DNA from: Macrostomum lignano
Taxonomy: Eukaryota
Length of the DNA stretch: 64,000 nt
Reading direction: 5' to 3'
Assembly (NCBI GenBank): GCA_002269645.1
Contig: NIVC01000900.1
Coordinates: 486,960-550,959 of the forward strand
Part shown: in pieces, positions 29,543-43,689 of the stretch
Numbering within the stretch: position 1 is the stretch's first letter
Layout of the letters: every line of letters starts with the position of its first letter
Notes under the pieces: model-generated
What the model was told of the DNA's origin: nothing
The model's database searches: none
The model's input: the letters and a program-made list of their open reading frames with translations, nothing else
Made by a program: the position numbers and the translations under genes

Positions 29543-30172
29543 AAAATATTTGTTTCCTAGTTAAATTATTTTATTGAGATTGCACTACTAACAGTAGCTC
29601 TGCTGCCTATACAGTGATAAATGGGGTCTAACTCATACCAAATGAACCCATGGCACATTCATTTGGGGGCTTGCTTGTCTAAAAAATTCACCAATATTTT
29701 CTAATGCTTATATATGAAAGCATACCCTCTTCATTAGAAATTTCACAAGTAAATTTATACAAGAAATAATATTTGTTTTAGGTTGCAAAAGAATTCAATG
29801 TCTATTTTTTTAATACACCTAAAACTTTTAGTACAAATTGTAACTAAATTAAGAGAAAAAGATAACTTTTGTTATATTTTGTATACCTTTTCAAATTCTT
29901 AGAATTGTAAATATTAGGTAATGTCAAGGACTGGATACTATTAGGATACTGCCAGAATAATACCAAGACGCTACCATAAATATACTAAAACATTACTAAC
30001 AAAATAGAATTTAAACAGCCTAAGGACGACCTTGATGGTAATAGTAGGATTTTTCAAGAGGGAAGTAAATGCCTTATAATAGCTGGTGTCAGCTTTGATA
30101 AAGAAGTTAGACCTATAATAATAGGTAGTGGTTTTTTGGAAACATTTTAGGAAAGATCAAACAGCACTATAA

Positions 30173-31100
30173 TACGAAGGCTGAGCAATAAGTTTCCGGA
30201 TGTGCCCAGACAGAAATAGTTAGAGAGAAAAAAGCAGTAACAGATTTTCAAAGTACTCTCCAGCAGATTCGATGCAAATTTTCATGTGCTCAAACCACTT
30301 GCTGAAGCAGCTGGACCAATCTGAAGCAGGCCTCCACTGCAGCTTCTGGTGATCCATAGCAGATTCCACGCATCCTGCGCTTGATTTGTGGAAACACAAA
30401 AAAGTCGCAGGGGGCCAGGTCGGGGCTGTAGGGTGGATGACCGAGCTCTTGAATGGGCTCTCTGGCCAGAAACTCCGCCACCTGTCGAGCCTTGTGGGCC
30501 GGGGCGTTGTTGTGATGGAGAAGGATACCCCAAGCTCGAGTCCTTGGGCGACGCTTGGAGAGAGCGCTCAGCACTTCTGGCAGGCAAACGTTGGTGTACC
30601 AGTCACCGGTGACTGTGCGCTGCTGCACAAGTGGAACCGTGGCCAGATGACCGGTTTTTGCCACAAAAACGGCCACCATCTGCTTTGCCACACTGTGCTT
30701 TTGCTGAAGCTGGGATGGTGGGGTGCCACCAACTGGAGTCCACTGGGCCGACTGCTGCTTAGTCACCAGGTCGAAACTATAGATCCAGGACTTGTCACTA
30801 CTGACAATATCCCAGACCAAGTTTGAGCTGTTTCTGTTGAATCTGTCAAGCATGGTGCGGCACCAGGTCACCCGAGCCTCCTTCTGCTCTGGAGTCAGCT
30901 AAGGCACACAGCATGCAGAAATCTTGCTCAGGTTGAACTGTGAATGCAGGATCATCCTAATGGATCCTGATGAAATACCCAACTCTGCCTCTATCTGGGC
31001 CACAGTCACTTGGGCATACATGCGCAACAGTCGCCGAGTCAGCCGATCTGGCCTACCGATTTGGCAGCCAACCAAGGAAGTCACAAAAATGCCCACCCAA
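30173..31100 (-). mobile_element. Decayed Tc1/mariner (D,D34D mariner) transposon, 5' truncated
   Basis: HTH-like segment, CVP*LT (WVPxxL motif with in-frame TAG at 30899-30901), SSDKSW, HHNNAPAH (second catalytic Asp changed to Asn), HPPYSPDLAPCDF, and a frameshifted C-terminus KWFEHMKICIESAGEYFEN. TIR-like TACGAAGGCTGAGCAATAAGTTTCCG at 30173. Confidence 0.9.
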
Positions 31101-34100
31101 AAAATACCCAGGTAGTAGTACTAAGTACATGGTACATAGTACTAAGTACAAGAGGCATTTTGACTTAATAAGACAGTCATAGTTACTCCTGCCGTTTACC
31201 TAAAGTAGCGTTAATTTTGCTTTACGCTATTTACACTAGGTTTTTTTTACATTTAAGTTGCATTTTTAGCCAAAAACTATGTCATATTTTGTTAAAACTA
31301 AGTCGCATGGCCGACTGAATTTTGGAGGTTGTATATATATGCACTCGGGCATCATCCTCAACCATGGCCCACATAGTAGCAACATTATTCCTTCATTACT
31401 TGATGAAGTCCTTATCCAAAAAAGGCTTCATCTGGCAAGCTAGTAGATGGGAGACCTTGTAGCTTGCATAAGTCACCTTGTTAGCCTTAGTGGTCTGCTT
31501 GTGGCATGCCAACATCAATCAATTTGAGGACATTTGAGCTTTGTGGCTGTGACTTCCATTCATATTATTGTGATTTGGTTTTGGTTTTGGTTTTGAAGAA
31601 AGTGATCTATTTAGCAAAAAAGTTGGCTACATAAAATTGCAAATATATTACTTTGGTCTTGGTGATTGAAGCTTTTAATAAGTTTTTCATTGTTACAGAT
31701 TATTTGCAATTTGCAAAAAAAAACTCATAACATTGCTAGTGTAGTAGTTATGTTATATATATGCAATCTATCAATATGGTGACCAGATATTTTATCAACT
31801 GGCATTTCGTCAACTGGCATTTTGTCAACCGGCATTTTGTCAACTTGTTTCTTTTCTTTTTCAATCTAACTGTTAGACATCTTGCTCTCAAAGAGTTCCT
31901 ATGTAAAAAAATAAATAAACATGGATTTCTATATTTGTATTTTGTATACAAACAATTGCAATGCTAAAATTTGAAGGTAAAAATGCTGCTCACACTGACA
32001 GACACAAAAAGGAAGATATAAAATATAAAAATGCAATTTAAAGTATGCATGCCTATCACATTAGTTTTATGACTCATTTCATTGCCCATTAGCATTGGTT
32101 ATATATATTGCAATCTTACCAGTTTGCTATACATTCATTTGCTATTTGCTAAACATTGTTAGCTAGTTGCTGAGGTATAACTTGTGCATTGCAGCTCACA
32201 GACACAAAATACCATAAAGCATGAAAAATGGGTATAGTCCTAGCAAAAGTGACTTTTAGTTAAACATTTTGGTAAAAGAAAGTGATCTATTACCCTTATG
32301 TCATACCATGTACTAATGTACATAATACTACATACCCTTATGTCATTGTCATGTTATATGCCAATTTAAGTGAATGATGGAATTTGGAATTTAGTGAATG
32401 ATTCTATAGGATAACAAAAAAACATATTGTGCTTTACTTGCTTGAGTAGGATTTGTATAATGCCATGGCATGTTATATAAATCTTTGTAATAGGCCTACT
32501 TTTAATTATAATATTAAAAGGAATTATTTTAATATTTAAAAAATTTAGTTAGGCCTATATATAGATAACACAAGTAATAGTAGCAATGCCCACCTGGCCC
32601 TGCCTGACTTAACTAGGTCTAACTAGTCTTACACTTAAATAGGCCGCCTATTGAGATCTTATAAACTTAGGTAATAAACTAATATAAATTAAAAACTTAA
32701 AACTACATTTAGCTTTAATTGCTTTTTAAACCTACATGTAGTACAACCAAGGCTAAAGGTTAAACCTACATACTTTAAGCCAGTTAAAGGACTTTTGTAA
32801 AGATAACTAAGTGACTTTTGTTATTAAACAGTTTTAAATATATATTGCAATCAAGCCTTAGATTATTTAGACCTACTAACTTCCTTTTAGAAAGTTTTCA
32901 ACGAAACAGGGTACTTAAATATTTATGTGATTAAAACAAATATGCAACTAGTTTGAAAGTTTTACCTGTGTACTTTTAATAGAAGCCAATTAAATAAAAA
33001 TAAAACTAACAGTCTACGTGCATACCTAAAAAATTATAATTTTTTAGTATAGATATCGATAACGGTTTTTAAAGATACTCTCCTCTTATAATTATGGTTA
33101 ACGAACTTACAATTGTCGAAAGATGCATGATGCATCATTGCATGTATGTATTAGCCTGTTAGATATTACCACCATAACGTAAGAAAAGAATTGTGTATTT
33201 AAATGATACTTGAAGACTTGCATTTTAATCTGTTTAGACCTAACAATATCTAAGTTTATTGTCTAAACTAAATTTCTCTATACTGCTACGACACACGCGT
33301 CACCTATTTATTTGTAATTAAATTAACTAATACTAATATCAATGCTAGTGGCAATGGTGTTGGCCTATTCTATTCAAATAGCTTTTGGAGGTTATATTGT
33401 TGCAAGACTAAAGTGTCTATATATCATTTTATTTTGGCTTTTTATATACTAGGCCTAAAAGAATGAATTCTGGCAATGTCCTAGGGACCTAGGCCTACTT
33501 TCCCGCATTAAATTATTTTGACCCGATTTTCATTATTTTCAGCGTAAATCATAGCTGGACAACCTCGAGCACCTGTAAATATCCTACCTCCTACCAATTT
33601 GCGGCCATTGGTAGACCTCTGTGACCTTAAAATCAATCATTGTGATTGAGAATACCATTGAAAGCACTTGGGCCCACGCCCACATGAAGGCAAAGTTTTG
33701 TAGTCAGCATGGCACCAATGACAACCTTTTTGACTTCCACCTTAGCAAGTTTCCCTGTCGCTAACTCTAGGGGCCTACCCAAAAATTTTAAATCTTGAGT
33801 AAACTTGCTTTTGTTTGTTTGTTTCGCTTATTTTGGGTCAAAAGAATAATTTAACACAGGAAACTGGGACATTGCCTGAATTCTTTATATACTAGGCCTC
33901 TGTTAATATATATTTTGATAAGAATATCTAATACATCATTTTGACCTTCCTTGTCATTGACTGCCTCTACTGATATTAACAATAATAAACATAGGCCTAA
34001 TTAAAATAGCAAAAACCTTTTCTATATTACCTAATTTAATTTACTTGAGATACTAATAACAAATGAATTCTAATTTAAGTTAGGTCTTTTAATAAGACTT

Positions 34101-35261
34101 TTTATAACTTTTAATAAAGTTTTTAGTAAGATTTTGGAAGTTTAAAATTTATTATTTTTGAGATTTGTATCTAATAGATATTAGATAAAGCAGTAGGCCT
34201 AGTAAAAAGATAATAACAGGATCATAAAAAAGTTTAACTTTTTAATTTTGGTTCATATAGTACTTTATGCCTATGGCACTTTTAAATGGGAAAATGTATT
34301 GCAGAGTATGACCTTTTATAAAAAGGTTCAGGGTTTTTTTAGTTTATGAAAATAACTTTTTTAGTTATGTTGCAGTGGTTTCTCCTTTATATAATCCCAA
34401 TGATGCCACTAAGTTGTTACAGGGGTTTTGCTTCTTACTAAAATATCTATTGCTTCAACCAAGTTGTTTTAGGCATGTTTTTTTTAATATAATCCACTTC
34501 GGTAATAGCCACTTTGGTAACAATAACAAATGATGACCACTTCAGTAACAGCCATTTTGCTAGCAGCCATTTTGGTAACAAAATGTGACCACTTCGGTAA
34601 CAAGGGAGAATAACAATATATATTTTAATGTGCTTTAAGAAATGAATTCAAACAAAATTTTGAGACAGAAGTGCAATGTATTTGACAACGATTAGCCAAC
34701 AATGATTTGGCTATCTAACAATGATAGCCAACAATAATAAAACATTGTTTTATTGTGTGTTTAATCAATCAATTTGAATTTCCAGGTGCATTTGATACAA
34801 GATATATCATAGACAAATTTTTCTAGAAGGAATATATTGTTTCTTATTTTTTTAATATATGCGCACAAAGGTTAACATAATAGTCAATAAGTCAGTCTAG
34901 TACATGTGAAGATATACATTTATGTACATATATAAATGTACTATAGTATTACGTGTGTAAATCTTACTAGTAAATGTACAAGTAGTGCAAAATTAAGTAA
35001 GAATTTAATTAAGCACAAATGCTGAAAATACTGATGAGCACAGAGTAAAGAAAAGAAATTATTATACAGTACATGTAGAAAATAAAACAAATATCTTTGC
35101 TTTTAAAAAATGGTAGTGCTATCAACTTACAACAGAAAGCATTAGTAGAGTCCTCAGTTCTTTTCACTCGCTATAGGCAGACAACGCACTGTGACATGTT
35201 TTTCAAAGAATTAAAAAATTGCAATCTCTTGTCTCAGGCCTTGATTCTCCACTCTATATAA

Positions 35262-35725
35262 AAATAATAATAATAGTTATGCCCCATGCCAGCCACAGAA
35301 GTGGCCAAAAAGGGGGAGCGTCAAATTGCGTATTTCAGAGCTAGGTCTCTAATGTGCTTCACACCGGCTGCCTGGCTAGATGCTTGCGCATCTTCAAAAA
35401 GGTAGTCAATGTAGCAGGCTGATTGTCCCTGGCCACGCCTGCGCGGTCCCTGCAATGTCCATAACAGGATATCCTGCAGCGGCTCTGGGCAGTAAGCTTC
35501 AGCCCGGATGACATGTCCAGCAAGCCACAGGTGCCACTGACTCAGCAGGGCAGAAGGCCGTGTCAGGCCTGTGCACTTGTACAGGGACTCAGTTGTCTCG
35601 CTACCAGGGCCGTGGCAGGTGCCAAAACTGGCGTGGACTAGGGCCGCATGTGCCGCATCAAGCTGCGCCTCAAGCGCCCTAGTCACCATCTAGGTCTCAG
35701 CATTGTACAGCAGGGACCCTTATTA
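35262..35725 (-). mobile_element. 3' fragment of RTE-clade non-LTR retrotransposon
   Basis: Translation SLLYNAET*...LYKCTGLTRPS...LWLAGHVIRAE...GPRRRGQG resembles the post-RT C-terminus of RTE LINEs; a short (TTA)n tail lies near 35262-35275. Confidence 0.75.
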
Positions 35726-36767
35726 CTCTATATATAACCTATCTATTTGTGTTTATACAAATTATATTACATCCTAATCAGAAAACTTAGTGGTACTTAG
35801 CAATAAAGTATTAAACAATTTAATGATTAAATTATTATGTACTATAATAAATTAACATAAAGATATAGTGCTGAAAGTTGTAAATCTGCATTACCAAAAT
35901 GGTCAATATTTAATACCAAAGTGGCTGTTACCAAAATGGACATTTACCATTTTTTATACACTAAGAAATCTCACAAACTGCTACCAAAGTTGTACTAAGG
36001 ACTAATGCTTTTATTCTCTAAATAATAATTTTATTACTGTTGATACCAAAGTTGTTTCTATAGCTCCTATAATGCTTGTACTTTTATTGATTATATGTAT
36101 TGTATATGTTATAAGTAGCATTTGTATTTTTATTGGTAATATATACACTTTTATTGGTAGCTTATATACTTTTCTACTGGTAGCGCATGTACTTATCTAT
36201 TGGTCTAAGCAGTCTTAAGGCATTTACAAAATCATTTTTAGATGCAAAATCTTAGACACATTCTGTTCAATTCACTTTGACAAAAACTTGCATACATATT
36301 TCTAAATTGCCAAAAAATCTTTAAAATTTTATTGCCATTGTGTCTTTATCAACTTTATATTATAAATGTTTTTTTTCTGTTAAACCAGTTAATATTATAC
36401 TTATTAACTTTTATAGAATAGACTAACTTACATTTCATGCTACTTAAAAGTAGCAATGCTTTTTTAGTAGTGCACTGCCACTATAAGGAAGCAATGGTGT
36501 AGTTAAAGGCAAAACTATGGCTTACTTCTGAATTACTACATTTTTATAATTGTAGCCATAGGATCCATTTTTGCATTCATATATATTTTATTACTAGTGC
36601 ATAAATTATGTGTATTCTTTTAATTTATATAGTTAAATTATTATTATAAAAAGTGAACTAAATCCTTTTTTCATGCAAATTAATTTAGTGTTATCATTTA
36701 ATTATTAAAAACACAAACAGCATAGCCAGACAATTTCATAATTAACGGTAAAGCTTAATTCCTTGCC

Positions 36768-39700
36768 ATGGAGGAAGAGGCTTCAAAAGCAGTTGGTTCA
36801 AGCTCTGCAGGCATACCAGCTAGTGCTACAACAGATAATGTACCAGCGGCAATGGAAAGCAGTCAGGATACCCAAGCTGAAGTGACTGTTGCTCCTGCTA
36901 CTGATGAAAGTAATGAAGCTGGTTGTGGTTCTTCCAACTCCTGGCTGAACATGGGCTCTTGGCTGTCCTATGCTAAGGAGCAGTCAGCCACAGTCTACCA
37001 GAGCACCAGATCGCAGAGTGCCCAAGTCTGGGGCTTTGTCAAAAAAGATTTGGGAGAATTCGCATCGACTCTTAAAGCTGATACTAAAGCTGTGTATGAA
37101 CAGGTGAGATTATTAGGGAAGGGTATGATAATTATAGTGTCATGTGAGTGAGTAGCAGTGCCTACTAAAGTATCATCTGAGTGAGTAGCAGTACCTATTG
37201 AAGTATCATTTCAGAGAATAGCAGTACTTACTGGAATAACATTTAAGTAAGTAGCGGTACCTACTGAAGTATCATCTGAGTGAGTAGCGGTACCTACTGA
37301 AGTATCATCTGAGTGAGTAGCGGTACCTACTGCAGTAACAGTGAAATGTCAATAACTACTAAATAAATTCTTACATTATTCAGGTTCGCGCAAGCTCGGG
37401 AGTTGAAGGCGAAGATGGTGGCGCTAGCGAAGGCGGCGCTGGTCACCATTCCGACACTACTCAGCGACTTCGAAGCGGCCTGAGCAGCCTGGTGAGCACG
37501 GTGGCTAACGCGATGTACATTCCACCAGACGACAGCGATGAGCAGGCGCTGGTGGTCACCAAAGACGGAGAAGTGTGCGCTCACGACTGGGAGAAGAGCA
37601 GGATTGACGCTCTGAAGGCGGATCCCGCTACGTTTCTCACAGATCCCCAGGTAAATTGACGTATAACACATTTTTTTCAATCTAGAAATCCTCATTTTTC
37701 CTTATTCAAAAAGTCCCCATTTTTTCCTAAACTAGAAAGATCCTTATTTTTCCTCTAGTCAGATAGATCCCCATTCTTCCCCTAGTCAGAAAGATCCCCA
37801 TTCTTCCCCTAGTAAGAAAGATCCCCATTCTTCCCCTAGTAAGAAAGATCCCCATTCTTCCCCTAGTCAGAAAGATCCCCATTCTTCCCCTAGTAAGAAA
37901 GATCCCCATTCTTCCCCTAGTCAGAAAGATCCCCATTCTTCCCCTGGTAAGAAAGATCACCATTCTTCCCCTAATCAGAAAGATCCCCATTCTTCCCCTA
38001 GTCAGAAATATCCCCATTCATCCCCTAGTCAGAAAGATCCCCATTATTCCCCTAGTAAGAAAGATCCCCATTCTTCCCCTGGTAAGAAAGATCACCATTC
38101 TTCCCCTAGTAAGAAAGATCCCCATTCTTCCCCTAGTAAGAAAGATCCCCATTCTTCCCCTGGTAAGAAAGATCACCATTCTTCCCCTAATCAGAAAGAT
38201 CCCCATTCTTCCCCTAGTCAGAAAGATCCCCATTCTTCCCCTAGTCAGAAAGATCCCCATTCTTCCCCTAGTAAGAAAGATCCCCATTCTTCCCCTAGTA
38301 AGAAAGATCCCCATTCTTCCCCTAGTCAGAAAGATCCCCATTCTTCCCCTAGTCAGAAAGATCCCCATTCTTCCCCTAGTAAGAAAGATCCCCATTCTTC
38401 CCCTAGTAAGAAAGATCCCCGTTCTTACCCTAGTCAGAAAGATCACCATTCTTCCCCTAGTAAGAAAGATCCCCGTTCTTCCCCTAGTCAGAAAGATCCC
38501 CATTCTTCCCCTAGTAAGAAAGATCCCCATTCTTCCCCTAGTAAGAAAGATCCCCATTCTTCCCCTAGTAAGAAAGATCCCCATTATTCCCCTAGTCAGA
38601 AAGATCCCCATTTTTCCTCTAGTCAGAAAGATCCCCAATCTTCCCCTATCCGAGATCCCTATTCTCCCCCAATAAAATCCCCGAACCCATTCTGCAGGGC
38701 CAACCGGAGGCATTCCTGGCCTTCCTAAGCGAATTCAACGCAGACTCTGAGCAGCAGGAAATCTCCGAGCTGTTGATGTCGTCCTCCGAGCTGCGCTCTC
38801 TCTATTCACAGCTGGTGCCCGCTGAGATGCCGCACAAGCACTTCTGGGCCAGGTTCGTTCAACTGTCACTGACAGGCCCTCAAATTTTCATCCTACGTAA
38901 TTCTCTTAACTGAAAAAATTCCTAAGAGTATTCAAATCCCTAGCCTTCAAAATCCCAAATCCTCAACTGTAGGATACCAAAAATCCCCAACTGGAGAATC
39001 CCCCAAATCCACAACTGGAGAATCCCCCAAATCCTCAACTGAAGAATCCCCCAAATCCCCAACTGGAGAATCCACAAAACCCCTAACTGGAGAATCCCCA
39101 ACTGGAGAATCCTAAAATTCCCAACTGGAGAATCCCCAAAATCCCCAACTGGAGAATCCCCAAAATCCCCAACTGGAGAATCCCCAAAATCCCCAACTGG
39201 AGAATCCCCAACTGGAGAATCCTCAAAATCCCCAACTGGAAAATCCCCGAAACCTCCAACTGGAGAATCCCCCAAATCCCCAACTGGAGAATCCTCAAAA
39301 TCCCCAACTGGAGAATCCCCAAAATCCCCAACTGGAGAATCCCCAAAACCTCCAACTGGAGAATCCTCAAAACCTCCAACTGGAGAATCCTCAAAATCCC
39401 CAACTGGAGAATCCTCAAAATCCCAACTGGAGAATCCCCCAAATCCCCAACTGGAGAATCCCCAAAACCTCCAACTGGAGAATCCTCAAAACCTCCAACT
39501 GGAGAATCCTCAAAACCTCCAACTGGAGAATCCTCAAAATCCCCAACTGGAGAATCCTCAAAATCCCAACTGGAGAATCCCCCAAATCCCCAACTGGAGA
39601 ATCCCCAAAACCTCCAACTGGAGAATCCTCAAAACCTCCAACTGGAGAATCCTCAAAACCTCCAACTGGAGAATCCTCAAAATCCCCAACTGGAGAATCC

Positions 39701-40695
39701 TCAAAATCCCAACTGGAGAATCCCCCAAATCCCCAACTGGAGAATCCCCAAAACCTCCAACTGGAGAATCCTCAAAACCTCCAACTGGAGAATCCTCAAA
39801 ACCTCCAACTGGAGAATCCTCAAAACCTCCAACTGGAGAATCCTCAAAATCCCCAACTGGAGAATCCTCAAAATCCCAACTGGAGAATCCCCCAAATCCC
39901 CAACTGGAGAATCCTCAAAATCCCCAACTGGAGAATCCCCAAAATCCCCAACTGGAGAATCCCCAACTGGGGAATTCCCAATTGGAGAATCCCCAAATCC
40001 TCAAATCCCCAACTGTCAAATCACACAAACTTTCCAGCTCAAGAATCCCTAGAGTCGCCAATTGAGAATCCCAAATCCCCAACTCCAAATCCAAAAAACT
40101 CCACAGATACTACTTTCGAGTCCGCGCCATTCGCGACACGGCCCGGCAGCGTCAGGAGTTAAAAAGGCGCGCCGCAGCCGCCGCCACCACTACCGCTGCT
40201 GCCGCTTCAGCTGCCGCAGCCGCCCCCGGCGGCGCCGCCGTCGAAGACCTGGACTCCATCAGCTGGGACGACTACGACGAGGACGAACCCGTCGTTCCCG
40301 ACGCCGCCGCCGCCGCTGGCAACGAAGACAAGTCCCACCAAGCCAGCGACTCTTTAAAGCTCTGCGAACGCGGCGACACCATCGTGGTCCGACATCCGGC
40401 ATCCGGCAGCAGCGAGGAGGGCAGCAGCGGTGGCAGCGGCCGCGGGGCTGCTCAACAGCAAACGCCAGCTGCCCAGCCTCCCGTTGATCTTCATCCTCCA
40501 GCCGCGGCGTCAGCCTCAGCTACGAAGATATTGACACCAGACGCCGATGTTGATGAAGATCTGGACATTGACGACGTGGAATTGACCGAGGAGGATCTGA
40601 AGAGGGCCCGCGAGCTGGCGGTTGGCGGCGGAGGTGCCGCGGCTGACGAGGAGGACGAAGATTTGGGAGAGGACGATTGGGGAAAATGGGAGTGA
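36768..40695 (+). CDS. BSDC1: BSD domain-containing protein 1 homologue, 4 coding exons, 448 aa
   Basis: Exons 36768-37103, 37384-37650, 38698-38852 and 40107-40695 are in phase (1347 nt). Contains KKDLGEF, IDALKADPATFLTDP, BSD core LRSLYSQLVPAEMPHKHFWARYYFRV, and an acidic tail ending DDWGKWE*. Confidence 0.9.
37148..37330. repeat. ~32-bp repeat in BSDC1 intron 1
   Basis: GAGTGAGTAGCGGTACCTACTGAAGTATCATCT units. Confidence 0.8.
37725..38660. repeat. 27-bp minisatellite (TCTTCCCCTAGTAAGAAAGATCCCCAT)n, BSDC1 intron 2
   Basis: Direct. Confidence 0.95.
38935..40090. repeat. ~23-24-bp minisatellite (CCCCAACTGGAGAATCCCCAAAAT)n, BSDC1 intron 3
   Basis: Direct. Confidence 0.95.
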
Positions 40696-40884
40696 TGCTG
40701 GGCTGGGCTGTAGGTTGGGGTATTGAGCGAGGTGTTGTTTGTTTAATAGTGGCTGCGGATTTCTCTCTGGCTTTGGGATCATTGTCGGTATCTATTATTT
40801 TGATGTGCAAATTTGTTTTTGTTACCTGTATCTTAGAGTGCCACTTTCGGTAGAGGACAACTTGTTTGCTCGATAAGAGTCTTT

Positions 40885-41762
40885 TTCAGAGTGAATTTAG
40901 TGTCTAGAGTGACACTTAGAGTGAATATAGTGTCTAGAGTGACATTCAGAGTGACTATAGTGCCTAGAGTGACATCTAGAGTGACTATAGTGTCTAGAGT
41001 GACATTTAGAGTGACTATAGTGTCTAGAGTGACATCTAGAGTGAATACAGTGTCTAGAGTGACATTTAGAGTGACTATAGTGTCTAGAGTGACATTTAGA
41101 GTAAATATAGTGTCTAGAGTGACTATAGTGTCTAGAGTGACATTCAGAGTGACTATAGTGTCTAGAGTGACATTCAGAGTGAAAATAGTGTCTAGAGTAA
41201 CTATAGTGTCTAGAGTGACATTTAGAGTGAATATGGTGTCTAGAGTGACTATAGTGTCTAGAGTGACTATAGTGTCTAGAGTGACTATAGTGTCCAGAGT
41301 GACTATAGTGTCTAGAGTGACATTTAGAGTGACTATAGTGTCTAGAGTGACATTTAGAGTTAATATAGTGTCTAGAGTGACTACAGTGTCTAGAGTGACT
41401 ATAGTGTCTAGAGTGACATTTAGAGTGACTATAGTGTCTAGAGTGACATTTAGAGTGACTATAGTGTCTAGAGTGACATTTAGAGTGACTATAGTGTCTA
41501 GAGTGACATTCAGAGTGACTATAGTTTCTAGAGTGACGTTTAGAGTGAATACAGTGTCTAGAGTGACATTTAGAGTGACTATAGTGTCTAGAGTGACATT
41601 CAGAGTGACTATAGTTTCTAGAGTGACGTTTAGAGTGAATATAGTGTCTAGAGTGACATTTAGAGTGACTATAGTGTCTAGAGTGACATTCAGAGTGACT
41701 ATAGTTTCTAGAGTGACGTTTAGAGTGAATATAGTGTCTACAGTGACATTTAGAGTGAATAG
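40885..41762. repeat. 18/30-bp composite minisatellite (TAGAGTGACTATAGTGTC / TAGAGTGACATT)
   Basis: Direct. Confidence 0.95.
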
Positions 41763-43024
41763 TTTCAACTTTGTCATTATTAAGCGCAATAATTTTGAAG
41801 TTCCTGTTTTTAATTTGCAAGGAAAGACGGTTTTAATAATATTCCATGAGTCCCAAGCACTTTAATGTTATAAATGTCCCTCCCTAACCCTTTATCTATA
41901 TCTATCAACAGAAATCGTACTTTAAAGTTTCATTCATTTGTTTTATAAAAATTCACAAATGAATTTGTGAATTTCACAAAGGCTATGGGAATTGATAAAA
42001 TATGATATACGATTTTAAATTCTTATTAATGTGAATTTTTAGTCACTATTTGGTGAATCGTCTATCATCATATGTTTATTTATGTAATTTTTATACAGGC
42101 CTTAATGCTAAATACCATAAATTAGTTTTGTGATTTTTGTAACTATTCACCTAATAATTGCATATAATATTAGTTCTATAATTTTTGTTATTTTGTTTGT
42201 TATCCTACAATGGGGATAAATTTTTCAATCTAATTTATCTTTCTCAGTAATTTATTTCCTAATATAGTTTTCTAAACCATTAAAATTAATTATATTTTCG
42301 TACTCTGGTGGTTTAAGGTGTAATGTAGTTTTCAAAATACTTTTTTGTTATAAATTGATGAGAACTTTAGTTCATCCCAAGTAAAGTTATTTACGCAACA
42401 TATCGTCTCATCTACGCTACGGTTTTTATTATTGCAGTTTTTCATGTTTAAAAATATTCCCAAAACAATCGATAACAAGTTTTTTGTGTTTTCGTGTCGG
42501 AGTTTCAATTAATAAAACCCTTTTGGCTTTCCTGAAAAATTCAACTCTTAAAGGAAATTCTGTTGTGCTGGCCTCATATGATTCTGGCTTGAGTTATTCG
42601 CTTTGCTTGTACATAAAGTAATAATTTTCCATACTAATAAAAAGCAATTAAAATATGTCAGTGTGTTAAATAGAATTTGTACATTATTATGAGACTTGAT
42701 AAGCTTCTCTCCTTTTTGAGCCATTTTTCACATCTGACATCAAGTTGGTAGTTTGAGTTGATGTAGAATATACGTGCCCAATACTGATTATTATAATTTT
42801 ATTTGCTTTTTCGTTCAATCTTGAAATAATTTTTTAAGATAATTTGCCAACCCGTTCGTTTCATAGATCTTTTATTCAGTTCTTTGGCGACGGCTTGACT
42901 GGCTGAGGTAAAAAGTAAATAAATGAATACTGCATATAGCGGAGCCTATCTGTGTATATTAACCGCAAATATTCGATTTCATTTTATAGTCCTTTTTAAC
43001 CTTAGAGTAATAAATGAGTTGTTT

Positions 43025-43500
43025 TGCTTGGCTGGCCAATGTACAGATAAGGGGTGGAGGGGGTTGGCTAGCTAATGTGGAGTTAAGGTTTGATGGGGTT
43101 GGCTAGCCAATGTACAGATGCGGGCAAGGGGTGGTGGTGGGTTGGCTAGCCAGTGTACAGATAAGGGGTGGTGGGGTCGGCTAGCTAGTGTGCAGATAAG
43201 GGGTGGTGGAGGTTGGCTAGCCAGTGTACAGATAAGAAGTGGTGGGGTTGGCTAGCCAGTGCACAGATAAGGGGTGGTGGGAGGTTGGCTAGCCAGTGCA
43301 CAGATAAGGGGTGGTGGGGGGTTGGCTAGCCAGTGCACAGATAAGGGGTGGTGGGGGGTTGGCTAGCCAGTGCACAGATAAGGGGTGGTGGGGGGTTGGC
43401 TAGCCAGTGCACAGATAAGGGGTGGTGGGGGTTGGCTAGCCAGTGCACAGATAAGGGGTGTGGGGGTTGGCTAGCTAGTGTGCAGATAAGGGGTGGAGAG
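43025..43500. repeat. G-rich ~36-bp minisatellite (GGTTGGCTAGCCAGTGCACAGATAAGGGGTGGTGGG)n upstream of OGFR
   Basis: Direct. Confidence 0.9.
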
Positions 43501-43689
43501 GCTTGGCTTGTATTTAGATGTCGAAAGTTATAAAATTCGAAACGAAGGGTTGAAAGCACAGGCCTGACTGAGACAAGTGAGATAAATGAACAGCCAATTA
43601 GAAAAGACAGATACTCGTAAGACAGAATTTGGAGAGTTTGGTGCTTATTAAAATAGAAAATTGTTTCTGCCCCAATGCATGCCAATTAA

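Noticed and set aside
30290-30871. Domesticated SETMAR-like transposase
   Set aside because: In-frame stop, frameshift, catalytic D-to-N change and missing 5' end indicate a dead element.
40833-41865. 300-aa His/Val/Thr repeat ORFs
   Set aside because: 18/30-bp satellite without stops; no coding context.
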